A stretch of DNA of 64,000 nt from an uncultured Alphaproteobacteria bacterium (GTDB taxonomy: Bacteria; Pseudomonadota; Alphaproteobacteria; Rhizobiales; Methyloligellaceae). The DNA lies in NCBI GenBank assembly GCA_963820115.1, contig CAWFYP010000001.1:698897-762896 (forward strand), given 5' to 3'. The notes beneath the pieces are model-generated. The model saw nothing but the letters and a program-made list of their open reading frames with translations. It was not told the origin of the DNA and did no database searches. Within the stretch, counting starts at the first letter, position 1, and each line of letters opens with the position of its first letter. Below are positions 46,283 to 55,693 of this stretch, in pieces. The translations under genes and the position numbers were made by a program.

Positions 46283-47632
46283 CTAGCGCGCGACGTTGGC
46301 GTAGATGGCGAGATTGCGATAGGCCTCGGCGCTCGCCTGGGTAAGGTCGGGGCCGATCGGCGTGGCACCGTCCATGGCGCGGATGGCGCCGTCCTTGGCG
46401 CCGGTGATCAGGTTGTCGGTGATCAGGGCCGTGCCGGCGGAAGCCGCGGTGGAAACGCCGATACCGATATGAGAATCGCGGATGAGGTTGTCGGTGACGC
46501 TTACGTCGCGCAGATAGCTGCCCCAGCCGATGAGGATGCCGTAAGCGGGCGCCCCTTCGACCACATTGCTGCTGACCACGCTGTCGGCCTCCACGGCGAT
46601 GCCGATGCCGCGCGAATCCACGTCCTTGCGGAAGAAAAGGTTGCGGATGAGATTGCCCTGCACCACGGCGAGGCGTCCGCCTTGCTTGAAGTTGGTGACG
46701 GAGATGCCCATCGCCGCCTTGTCGACGAGATTGTTGGCGATGACCACGCCCTCGAAGGCGAATTCGGCGTAAAGGGCGACCTCGCCCATGCGGGCGCAGG
46801 AATTGCCGATCATCTGGCAGTTGGACCCCGCATCGGAGCGGATGGCGGAGAACGCGCAATCGGCGATGCGGTTGGCGCTCACCATCACCGAGCCAGCCCG
46901 AAACACGTTGATACCGTTGCCGTTTTGGCCGCTGCCGCCGCTCTTGGCGGCGATGCGCTCGACGCGGTTGGCGGTGACGAGGGTGCCGTCCTCGCCGGGT
47001 TCCGAGCGCCACACAAGAATGCCGTTGTCGCCGCAATCGCGCACATGATTGTGGCTGATCTCGAGGCCTAAGGCGTCTTCGCTGAACAGCCCCGCCTTCG
47101 CGATATCGCCCATCTCGCAGTCGCTGATCCGTCCGGCGACTTGCCGGAGCACCGCGCCATCGCCGCCGCTTGACAGGAAGCGGCAGCCGGAGATTTCGAT
47201 TTCTTTAGACGCCGTGGCGCTGAGGAGCGCACCGCCGTCGCCGAGCGGCTTGCTGTCGCCGTCGAGGACAAGTCCCTCGAGACGGACGCCGTCGGCCTGC
47301 TCGATATTGAGGATCGCGCTTCCGGTGCCGCCATAGCGCAGGACCGACCGGCCCGGCACGCCTTGCATCTGAGTCCCGGCCTTCAGTTTGAGGGCGCCGG
47401 TGGCGTAAACGCCGGGCGGGAGGAAGCACGGCGTTCCCGACTGGGCGGCGTCGTCGAGTGCCTGTTGCAGCTGGGCGCTTTGATCGATGCTGCCACCGTC
47501 GGGCACGAGGCCGTAGGTGCTGAAGGCTTGCGGTATCTCGGCCGTGCGCGCGCGAGCGGTCCGCGGGCCGGTAGTAGCGGCGATACCAAGGCCCAGCGTT
47601 CCGAGCATCAGCTGGCGACGGCCGACGGTCAT
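46283..47632 (-). CDS. TIGR03808 family TAT-translocated repetitive protein (right-handed beta-helix repeats)
   Basis: Twin-arginine signal MTVGRRQLMLGTLGLGIAATTGPRTARA. Repeated ...N.I.D/N... beta-helix units. The start ATG overlaps the pcp stop (ATGA). Confidence 0.8.
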   Translation of the reverse strand: MTVGRRQLMLGTLGLGIAATTGPRTARARTAEIPQAFSTYGLVPDGGSIDQSAQLQQALDDAAQSGTPCFLPPGVYATGALKLKAGTQMQGVPGRSVLRYGGTGSAILNIEQADGVRLEGLVLDGDSKPLGDGGALLSATASKEIEISGCRFLSSGGDGAVLRQVAGRISDCEMGDIAKAGLFSEDALGLEISHNHVRDCGDNGILVWRSEPGEDGTLVTANRVERIAAKSGGSGQNGNGINVFRAGSVMVSANRIADCAFSAIRSDAGSNCQMIGNSCARMGEVALYAEFAFEGVVIANNLVDKAAMGISVTNFKQGGRLAVVQGNLIRNLFFRKDVDSRGIGIAVEADSVVSSNVVEGAPAYGILIGWGSYLRDVSVTDNLIRDSHIGIGVSTAASAGTALITDNLITGAKDGAIRAMDGATPIGPDLTQASAEAYRNLAIYANVAR

Positions 47633-48258
47633 TCTGCCGCGACCTTTGTCGCATTGACGGCGAGGGCAAAGGCCAGCGCGGCTTCGGCGCCGCGCAGCAG
47701 CTCGTCGTGGTGGAGGGGGCCGCCCTGAGGTGTTGCCAAGGGGATATGCACGAAGACGGCGTGGCATGGTGTCGGTTGCCGGCGCGCCCAGTCGAGCGAG
47801 AGATAATAAAGGAAATTGCAGAGGTAGCGCCCGGCGGAGCGGGACGCTGCGGCAGCAATACCATTCTGCCTCAGATGGGCGGCGAGACGGTCCGTGGGAA
47901 AAAGTGAATCGAGCCGGTCGCGCCCCGCAGGGATGATCGAACCACAGCCGGGCAGCGCGCCCGCCGCATCGGCTCGGGGCAGGATGCGATTATGCGCCGA
48001 ACGCTCGATGCGGAAACTACTAGCAGGGGGCGAGAGGCCGAAATGAAGCATGAGCTGCGGCTTCAGCGTCTCGAGCAGGCGCGGCGCGCGCGCGGAGACC
48101 GCGGCCCATTCGGTGGGCAGTATCTCGGCGTCCAAGGAGACTTCGCGTTGCCGCGCGAGCGCCGAGGAGGCGAGCGTTTCCGCGAGCCAGGCGGACGGGT
48201 TTTCTGGCGCCCCCGGAAAGGGACCAAAGCCGGTGAGGAGAACCTTCGTCTTGACCAT
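47629..48258 (-). CDS. pcp: pyroglutamyl-peptidase I (peptidase C15)
   Basis: VLLTGFGPFPG N-terminus. Glu (FRIERSAHN), Cys (GRYLCNFLYY) and His (VFVHIP) triad contexts. ATG at 48258. Confidence 0.85.
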   Translation of the reverse strand: MVKTKVLLTGFGPFPGAPENPSAWLAETLASSALARQREVSLDAEILPTEWAAVSARAPRLLETLKPQLMLHFGLSPPASSFRIERSAHNRILPRADAAGALPGCGSIIPAGRDRLDSLFPTDRLAAHLRQNGIAAAASRSAGRYLCNFLYYLSLDWARRQPTPCHAVFVHIPLATPQGGPLHHDELLRGAEAALAFALAVNATKVAAE

Positions 48259-48311
48259 GGCTCGACTTACAAGCGGCGCTCCCGAGAGGGAAGGAAATTC
48301 GCCGGTTGCGG

Positions 48312-49325
48312 CTAATCCGGCTGCCGCGGCCCGATCTCGGCGAGACGGGCGAGTTCGGCTGCCGCCGCCGTCGGGGTCATCTCGCCGGCCCGGACCTTCG
48401 CTTCCATCTCGCTCCAATGGCGGGCGGCGCGGCGGCTGCCGCGGAAGGCCGCGAGCAGCCTTTGTTCGAACAGCTCGCGCATCCAGGCCGCCGCCTGATC
48501 GCTACGCCGCTTGGCGAGCGCACCGGATGACGCAAGCGCCGCTTGCCGCGCCTCGACCTTGTGCCACAGCTCGTCGAGAGCGGTGTTCTCGCGCGCCGAA
48601 ACCGTGAGCACCACCGGCGACCAGTCGGGGTTGCCGGCGGCGAGGATGTGCAGCCCGGCGCGATATTCGAGCGCGGCGCGCTCGGCGCGATGGATGTTGT
48701 CGCCGTCGGCCTTGTTCACGGCAATGATGTCGGCGAGCTCGAGCAGTCCCCGCTTGATGCCTTGCAACTCGTCGCCGGCTCCCGGTAGCGCCACCACCAC
48801 GAAGACGTCGACCATGTTCGCCACGGCCATCTCCGACTGGCCGACGCCGACCGTCTCCACCAGCACGACGTCGTAGCCGGCGGCCTCGACCAGCGCGATC
48901 GTCTCGCGCGTGGTCTTGGTCACGCCGCCCAGACTGTCGCCCGCCGGAGAGGGGCGGATGAAGGCGCCGGCTTCGGTGGCGAGGCGCCCCATGCGGGTCT
49001 TGTCGCCCAGGATCGAGCCGCCACTCTTGGACGAACTCGGGTCGACCGCGAGCACGGCCACCTTGCGGCCTTGGGCCACGAGATTGAAGCCGAGTTGATC
49101 AATGAGCGTCGATTTGCCCGCACCGGGCACGCCCGAGATGCCGACGCGCATGGCCTTACCGGTCAGGGATAGAAGGCGGTCGAGCAGCGCCTGCGCGCGG
49201 GCCTGGTCCTCAGGCTTAACGCTCTCGACCAGGGTGATGGCGCGGGCGAGCGCCACGCGGTCGCCAGCCTCCACCGCCTCCACCATGCGATCAACGCTGC
49301 TCGAGGAATTGTCGCGTGCCTGCAT
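48312..49325 (-). CDS. meaB: methylmalonyl-CoA mutase-associated GTPase MeaB (ArgK)
   Basis: GISGVPGAGKSTLID P-loop, VETVGVGQSE, NKAD. 337 aa. Lies next to the mutase genes. Confidence 0.93.
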   Translation of the reverse strand: MQARDNSSSSVDRMVEAVEAGDRVALARAITLVESVKPEDQARAQALLDRLLSLTGKAMRVGISGVPGAGKSTLIDQLGFNLVAQGRKVAVLAVDPSSSKSGGSILGDKTRMGRLATEAGAFIRPSPAGDSLGGVTKTTRETIALVEAAGYDVVLVETVGVGQSEMAVANMVDVFVVVALPGAGDELQGIKRGLLELADIIAVNKADGDNIHRAERAALEYRAGLHILAAGNPDWSPVVLTVSARENTALDELWHKVEARQAALASSGALAKRRSDQAAAWMRELFEQRLLAAFRGSRRAARHWSEMEAKVRAGEMTPTAAAAELARLAEIGPRQPD

Positions 49326-49408
49326 GGCATGCGCGTAGGGGCAAACCGGGCCAAGCGCAAGATGGATTTGGCCGGGAAACGCCAGGATCGCCGCGTCCCG
49401 GCTCCGCC

Positions 49409-49936
49409 TCAGCGGCGCAACACGCCGATCGCCTTGCCGGCGAAGCTCAGACGCTCGGCCATCACCGTAATCACATAGGTCAGCAAGGCCTGGCCGAGCG
49501 CGCGATTGGCGCCGGCGAGGCGCTCGTAAGCCTCGACGCTAAGGGCATAGACGACACTGTCGGCCTCGGCCTGGATGGTCGCGCTCCGCACCTGTCGCGT
49601 GATCAGGCCCATCTCGCCGATGGTGGTGTGGGGTCCAAGACTACGCACGCGGATCGAGCGGCCATCGTTGAACTTGACGATGATGCCGACGCGCCCGTCA
49701 AGGATGAAATGCATGCCGTCGGCGGGGTCGCCTTGCGCGGCGATGATGTCGCCCTCATGGAAGTGAAGTCGCGCGCAATTCCGTGCGAGCTCCTCGGCGA
49801 TGAGGGCGGCGAAGGAGAGCCCGTAGGCGACCGACATGATTCTGGTAGCGAGGCCGGCGAAGATGTCTGTCGAGGTCGCCCAGAATCGTCTCGTAACCGA
49901 GCCCGTGCCGACACCAGCAACGCTATCGACCGTCAT
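49409..49936 (-). CDS. stand-alone cyclic nucleotide-binding domain protein
   Basis: LHFHEGDIIAAQGDPADGMHFILDGRVGIIV...IGEMGLITRQVRSATIQA is a cNMP-binding beta-roll with phosphate-binding-cassette-like GEMGL...RSAT. No output domain. An alternative ATG is at 49837. Confidence 0.7.
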   Translation of the reverse strand: MTVDSVAGVGTGSVTRRFWATSTDIFAGLATRIMSVAYGLSFAALIAEELARNCARLHFHEGDIIAAQGDPADGMHFILDGRVGIIVKFNDGRSIRVRSLGPHTTIGEMGLITRQVRSATIQAEADSVVYALSVEAYERLAGANRALGQALLTYVITVMAERLSFAGKAIGVLRR

Positions 49937-49999
49937 TCAACCTGCCCCCGAGCCGCGGCGGCCCCCCCGCGCGACCCTCCCCAGGACTCGCGCTTGGGC

Positions 50000-52168
50000 C
50001 TACTCCGCCGCTTGCGTGGTCTTCTTGCCTTGGCTCGCGCACAGCTTGCCGAGGAGGTCAATGGCGGCCTCGGCGATGGACGTGCCCGGGCCGAAGATCG
50101 CCTTGGCGCCCGAGGCATAGAGCTCCTCATAATCCTGCGGCGGAATCACGCCACCCACCACGATCATGATGTCGCCGCGACCTTGCGCCTCAAGCGCGTC
50201 ACGAAGCGCAGGAACGAGCGTCAAATGCCCGGCAGCGAGCGAGGACACGCCAACGATGTGCACGTCGTTCTCGATGGCCTGGCGGGCGGCCTCCTCGGGC
50301 GTCTGGAACAGCGGACCGATATCGACGTCGAAGCCGAGATCGGCGAAGGCGGATGCGATCACCTTTTGGCCACGGTCGTGGCCGTCCTGGCCCATCTTGG
50401 CGACGAGAATACGGGGCCTGCGCCCGTGCTCGTTTTCGAAGCTCTCCACCAGCTCCTTGATCCGGGTAAGGCTTCCATCCATGCGTTCGATCTCCGCCTT
50501 GTAGACGCCGGTGACGGCGGAAACGTTCGCCCGATGCCGGCCGTAAACCTTTTCCAGCGCGTAGGAAATCTCGCCTACGGTCGCCTTGGCGCGGGCTGCT
50601 TCGACCGCGCCTTCGAGCAAATTGCCGGTGCCTGTCTCGGCGTAATGGGTGAGCGCGTCAAGGGCCGCCGCGACCTTCTTTTCGTCGCGCTCCGATTTGA
50701 GTCGCGCCAGCTTGTCGAGCTGTTGGTGGCGGACAGCGCGGTTGTCGACTTTGAGGATGGCGATGTCGGCCTCTTCCTCGGGGCGGTATTTGTTCACGCC
50801 GACGATGGTCTGGCGCTTGGAATCGATGCGGCCTTGGGTGGCGGCTGCCGCCTGCTCGATATTGCGCTTGGGGATGCCGGCCTCAATGGCGCGCGCCATG
50901 CCGCCCAATTTATCCACCTCGGCAATGTGCGCAAGCGCGCGGGCGGCCAGGTCATGGGTGAGGCGCTCGACATAGAAGCTGCCGCCCCAGGGGTCGATGA
51001 TGCGGGTGGTGCCGGATTCCACCTGCAGGATGAGCTGGGTGTTGCGGGCGATGCGGGCGGAGAAATCCGTGGGCAGCGCCAGCGCCTCGTCGAGCGCGTT
51101 GGTGTGCAGCGACTGGGTGTGACCTTGGGTGGCAGCCATGGCCTCGACGCAAGTGCGCACGACGTTGTTGAACACGTCCTGCGCGGCGAGACTCCAGCCG
51201 CTGGTCTGACAATGGGTGCGTAACGTCAGCGAACGCGGGTCCTTGGGCTTGAACTCGGCCATCAGCCCGGCCCACAGCATGCGTGCGGCGCGGAGCTTGG
51301 CGATCTCCATGAAGAAATTCATGCCCACCGCCCAGAAGAAGGAGAGCCGTGGCGCGAAGGCGTCCACATCGAGGCCGGCCTTGAGCCCGGCGCGCACATA
51401 TTCGACGCCATCGGCGAGCGTGTAGGCGAGCTCGAGGTCGGCGGTCGCTCCCGCCTCCTGCATGTGATAGCCGGAAATGGAGATGGAGTTGAACTTCGGC
51501 ATCTTCTGGCTCGTATAGGCGAAGATGTCGGAGACGATGCGCATGGAAGGGGCGGGCGGATAGATGTAGGTATTCCGCACCATGAACTCTTTGAGGATGT
51601 CGTTTTGGATGGTGCCGGAGAGCTGATCGGACGGCACGCCTTGCTCCTCGCCGGCGACGATGAACAGCGCGAGCACGGGCAGCACCGCGCCGTTCATGGT
51701 CATCGACACCGAGACCTTGTCGAGCGGGATGCCGTCGAACAGCGTGCGCATGTCGTAGATGGAATCGATGGCGACCCCCGCCATGCCGACATCGCCGGTG
51801 ACGCGCGGATGATCCGAATCGTAGCCGCGATGGGTGGCGAGGTCGAAGGCGACGGAGATGCCTTGCTGCCCGCCAGCGAGATTGCGGCGGTAGAAGGCGT
51901 TGGAGTCCTCGGCGGTGGAGAAGCCGGCATATTGGCGGATCGTCCAGGGCCGCTGCACATACATGGTGGGGTAGGGGCCGCGCAAGAACGGTGCTTGTCC
52001 CGGGTAGGTGTCGAGGAAATCGAGGCCGGCGAGATCGTCCGCGCCATAGGCGGGCTTGACGGCGATACCTTCCGGCGTCGGCCAGGGCGCGGCCTCGGCC
52101 GGCGATGCGGTGGGTGCTCCGCTCGAAGCGTCGAAGGCGATCTTGGCGAAGGCCGGGATGCGGCTCAT
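50000..52168 (-). CDS. scpA: methylmalonyl-CoA mutase, large (alpha, catalytic) subunit
   Basis: 722 aa. [10 protein letters not shown]...[14 protein letters not shown]..., B12-binding C-terminus ...[25 protein letters not shown]. The start ATG overlaps the reconstructed mutA stop (ATGA). Confidence 0.96.
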   Translation of the reverse strand: MSRIPAFAKIAFDASSGAPTASPAEAAPWPTPEGIAVKPAYGADDLAGLDFLDTYPGQAPFLRGPYPTMYVQRPWTIRQYAGFSTAEDSNAFYRRNLAGGQQGISVAFDLATHRGYDSDHPRVTGDVGMAGVAIDSIYDMRTLFDGIPLDKVSVSMTMNGAVLPVLALFIVAGEEQGVPSDQLSGTIQNDILKEFMVRNTYIYPPAPSMRIVSDIFAYTSQKMPKFNSISISGYHMQEAGATADLELAYTLADGVEYVRAGLKAGLDVDAFAPRLSFFWAVGMNFFMEIAKLRAARMLWAGLMAEFKPKDPRSLTLRTHCQTSGWSLAAQDVFNNVVRTCVEAMAATQGHTQSLHTNALDEALALPTDFSARIARNTQLILQVESGTTRIIDPWGGSFYVERLTHDLAARALAHIAEVDKLGGMARAIEAGIPKRNIEQAAAATQGRIDSKRQTIVGVNKYRPEEEADIAILKVDNRAVRHQQLDKLARLKSERDEKKVAAALDALTHYAETGTGNLLEGAVEAARAKATVGEISYALEKVYGRHRANVSAVTGVYKAEIERMDGSLTRIKELVESFENEHGRRPRILVAKMGQDGHDRGQKVIASAFADLGFDVDIGPLFQTPEEAARQAIENDVHIVGVSSLAAGHLTLVPALRDALEAQGRGDIMIVVGGVIPPQDYEELYASGAKAIFGPGTSIAEAAIDLLGKLCASQGKKTTQAAE

Positions 52169-53989
52169 GCGTCCAGTCTTTCATAGGCTTGTTGCAGCAG
52201 CTCAAGCGTATCACAGCCCTGATGAAGGAATGCGCCAATCCCGGCCGCGGCCAAGGCCTTCCGGTTGTCGCCCGGCTTGCCGGCCAGATAGAGGGACTTG
52301 GCGCCTGCCGCAGCGAGGGCCTTGGCGGCATCGGCCGCCTCGCGCTCGTAGACCGTGTCCGAGGAGCAGAGGCAGGCGAGTTTCGCGCCAGAATTTTTCG
52401 AATCCTTTCACTACGTTGCTGCCGTCTCCTGGCACGGCTTCGATGCCGCCCGCTTCGAACAGGCTCTTGGCGAAGCCGGCCCGCGTATTGAAATCGGCCC
52501 GGCGTCCGAGGCAGGCGAGGAAGACCCTCGGCCGGCTGCCGGTGCCAGCGAGGACGGCATCGCTTCGATCGCGCAGACGCTCGAAGGGTTCGGCGAGGCG
52601 GATACGGGGCAGGGCTCCCGTGCTGGCTCCATCCGATGACGACGCTTGAGCAGCCTCCAGCACGCTCACTATGTCCTCGGCGAGATCGGGAAAGTCGCTC
52701 GTGCCGATCAGCATGTCCTTGCGGCGAGCGATATCCGTCTCGCGCTTGGTGCGGATCGCGGCCACGTTACGCTGGATCAGGCCTTGTTCGAGTGCGGCCG
52801 CCGCGCCGCCCGCTTGCTCGATCTCCTGGAACAGCGTCCATCCCTTCCTACACAGGGCATCGGTCAGAGCCTCGATGGCGCCGGAACCGGCGGCCGGGTC
52901 GGCGACGCGGTGGAGATTCGATTCCTCGATGAGGATGGTTTGCGTATTGCGGGCAATGCGGCGGGCAAAGGCGTCAGGAAGCCCAAGCGCGGCGCTGAAC
53001 GGGAGTAGGGTCACGGCATCGGCGCCGCCGGTTGCCGCGGCAAGTGCGGCAATGGTGGCGCGCACGATGTTGCCATGCGGATCGCGCTTCGTCATCATGC
53101 GCCAAGCGGTCTCCGCCGCGACGAAGGCCGGTTGAGATGCCAGGCCGCAGGCCTGCTCGACACGCGCCCACAATTTGCGCAAGGCGCGAAACTTGGCGAT
53201 GGTCAGAAACTGATCCTGGTCGGCGGCGAGGCGGAAGAAGATGAAGCGGCGGGCATCGTCGAGCGCGATGCCGCTCGCTTCCATGGCGCGGAGATAGGCG
53301 AGGCCGACGGCGAGCGCGAAGGCGAGCTCCTGCGCCTCCGACCCGCCGGCGGCGTGGATGGGCCGCGCATCGGCCAGCGCGAAAGGTCCGTGGAACCCTT
53401 GGCTCGCGAAATCGGCAATGAGACCGGTGACGATGGGCGCAAGCTCGCTCCAGGGCCGCGCGATGCCGCGCGTGGCCATGGCGCCAATGGGATCGAAGCC
53501 GAAGCGGATATCCACCGAAGCGGGCGCAAGTCCCAACGTCTTGACGCGCCGCGCGACGATTTGCGAGGCGTCCCGCGAGGGCGGCCCGAATTCAAGGTCG
53601 AGCGCGATCCCGGCGTCGAGATGAATGTCGCGCAGCGTCCGGCCGATCGCGTCTTCAGTCGCCGCCAGCGCGTAGCCGTAATCGCTGGTGGACCCAGGGA
53701 AGACGAGCACGACACCGTTGGCACCATTGCTCAAATCATCGAGAATCTGCGCGTTGGCGGCTTGGGCGTCGGGAAGATCGACCCGCGGCATGACGGCCCA
53801 GGGCGTGCCGGCGGCGCGGGCCTCGATGAGGTATGCCTTCTTGGCGCGCGGGTAAAGCGGCTCGATAACAAGGCCGTCATAGGTGGTGGAGCGGAGAGAC
53901 TCAAAGCGCGCGCCCTTCAGCGCCTCGGCGACCAGCGCCTGCCACGCCGCTTCCCGCGCGGGACCCTCCTGCAAAGTTGAATCCGCCAT
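52165..53989 (-). pseudogene. mutA: methylmalonyl-CoA mutase small (beta) subunit, frameshifted near 52392-52398
   Basis: ORF 52211..53989 is MutA-like up to ...GGIEAVPGDGSNVVKGFEK. The conserved tail SGAKLACLCSSDTVYEREAADAAKALAAAGAKSLYLAGKPGD...[11 protein letters not shown] continues in the next frame and ends at 52165. Confidence 0.85.
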
Positions 53990-54150
53990 TGATGTTCGAA
54001 CCTTACGTCTGTCTTCCCCCTCCTAGCACGAAGCCAAAGGCCCGAGAAACCCATGGCTGCGGGGCAGGTAGGAGGGCCGCGACGGCCGGACCTCTTTGCG
54101 GGATCGCCCCGCTGCCGCTAAAGTCCTGCCCGTGAACAGGAGAAGCGGTC

Positions 54151-55693
54151 ATGGCCAAGCGCAAGGCGCAAAGCGACAAGGGTGCAAAACCCGACTCGGC
54201 GATTGAGGTTGGCGGTGGCAAGGCGCCTGCCGACAGCGTCTATCTCGGGCAAAGCGAGAAGCCCGAATTCATCTATCTTCGCTTGGCCAACCGCCACGGG
54301 CTGATCACCGGCGCCACCGGCACCGGCAAGACCGTCACCTTGCAAGGATTGGCGGAGGGCTTTTCCGATCAGGGGGTTCCGGTCTTCTGTGCCGACGTTA
54401 AGAGCGATCTTTCGGGTCTTGCCGAGGAGGGCGAAGCGAAACCATGGATCGTGGAGCGCGCCAAGGAGATCGGCTTCAAGAATGAGTTTAAGGGTTACCC
54501 CGTGATCTTCTGGGACCTGTTCGGCGAGCAGGGCACGCCGATCCGCGCCACGATCACGGAGATGGGGGCGCTGCTGTTATCGCGGCTGATGAACCTCAGC
54601 GAGGCGCAGGAGGGCGTGCTCAACATCGCCTTCAAGATCGCCGACGAGGAGAAGCTGCCGCTGCTTAATCTCAAGGACTTACAGGCGCTGCTAGAGGATC
54701 TGGCTGCGCGTGCCGACCACCTCACCACGAAATACGGCAATATCACCAAGGCGTCGGTGGGCTCGATTCAACGATCGCTGCTCGTGCTCGAGCAGCAGGG
54801 CGGCGCGCATTTCTTCGGCGAGCCCCCGCTCAAGATCAAGGACCTGATGCGGACGGCGCGTGACGGGCGCGGCTATATCAGCATCCTCGCCGCGCAGAAG
54901 CTGATGGATTCACCGCGGCTCTACGCGACCTTCCTCTTGTTCCTGATGTCGGAGTTGTTCGAGGAAATGCCGGAGGTGGGCGATCCCGACAAGCCGAAGC
55001 TCGTGTTTTTCTTCGACGAGGCCCATCTGCTGTTCAAGGACGCGCCCAAGGCGCTATTGCAAAAGGTCGAGCAGGTGGTGCGGCTGATCCGGTCGAAGGG
55101 CGTCGGCGTCTATTTCGTCACGCAGACCCCCTCGATGTGCCCGACACGGTGTCGAGCCAGCTCGGCAATCGCGTACAGCACGCGCTACGGGCCTTCACGC
55201 CGATCGAGCAAAAAGCGGTGAAGGCGGCGGCGACGACCTTCCGTGCCAACCCTGCCTTCGACACGGAGAAGGCGATCATGGAGCTCGGCGTCGGCGAGGC
55301 GCTGGTCTCGACGCTCGACGCCAAAGGCCAGCCGACCATCGTCGAACGCACGCTCATAAGACCGCCGAACTCGCGCGTTGGTCCGATCACCGATGCCGAG
55401 CGCAAGGCGGTCATCAAGGCAAGCCCGGTGGCGGGTGTGTATGACGAGACCGTCGACCGCGAGTCGGCGTCTGAAATCCTGGAGAAGGAGACGTCGGAGC
55501 GCGCGGATGCTGGTTCCGCCGGTGGCGATGCGCCGGATCGCGCTCGGATGGGTTCTGGACCACTCTTGGCAAACAGCTCGTCAAGTCTGTCGTTCCCGCC
55601 GCGACGCGGCTCGGCGAGAAGGTGCTCAAGGATTCGCTCAAAAAGGGAGGGCGCGGCGGCGGCGGCGGGTTCGGCGGCGGCATTACCGGTTAG
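54151..55693 (+). pseudogene. HerA-like helicase/ATPase (DUF853, YjgR family), two frameshifts
   Basis: AGGAGAAG Shine-Dalgarno. Walker [11 protein letters not shown], Walker [13 protein letters not shown]. The frame breaks in the C5 run at 55127-55131, where ...VTQTP should read [24 protein letters not shown] as in ORF 55137... It breaks again between ~55475 and 55547, and the tail [13 protein letters not shown]...GGGITG* ends at 55693. Confidence 0.8.

Noticed and set aside
49316-51223. 635-aa plus-strand ORF
   Set aside because: It is antisense to meaB, the cNMP-binding gene and scpA. It has shadow-ORF composition.
50952-52331. 459-aa minus-strand ORF overlapping scpA out of frame
   Set aside because: It is an alternative frame of the mutase gene, with an Arg/Pro/His-rich nonsense translation.
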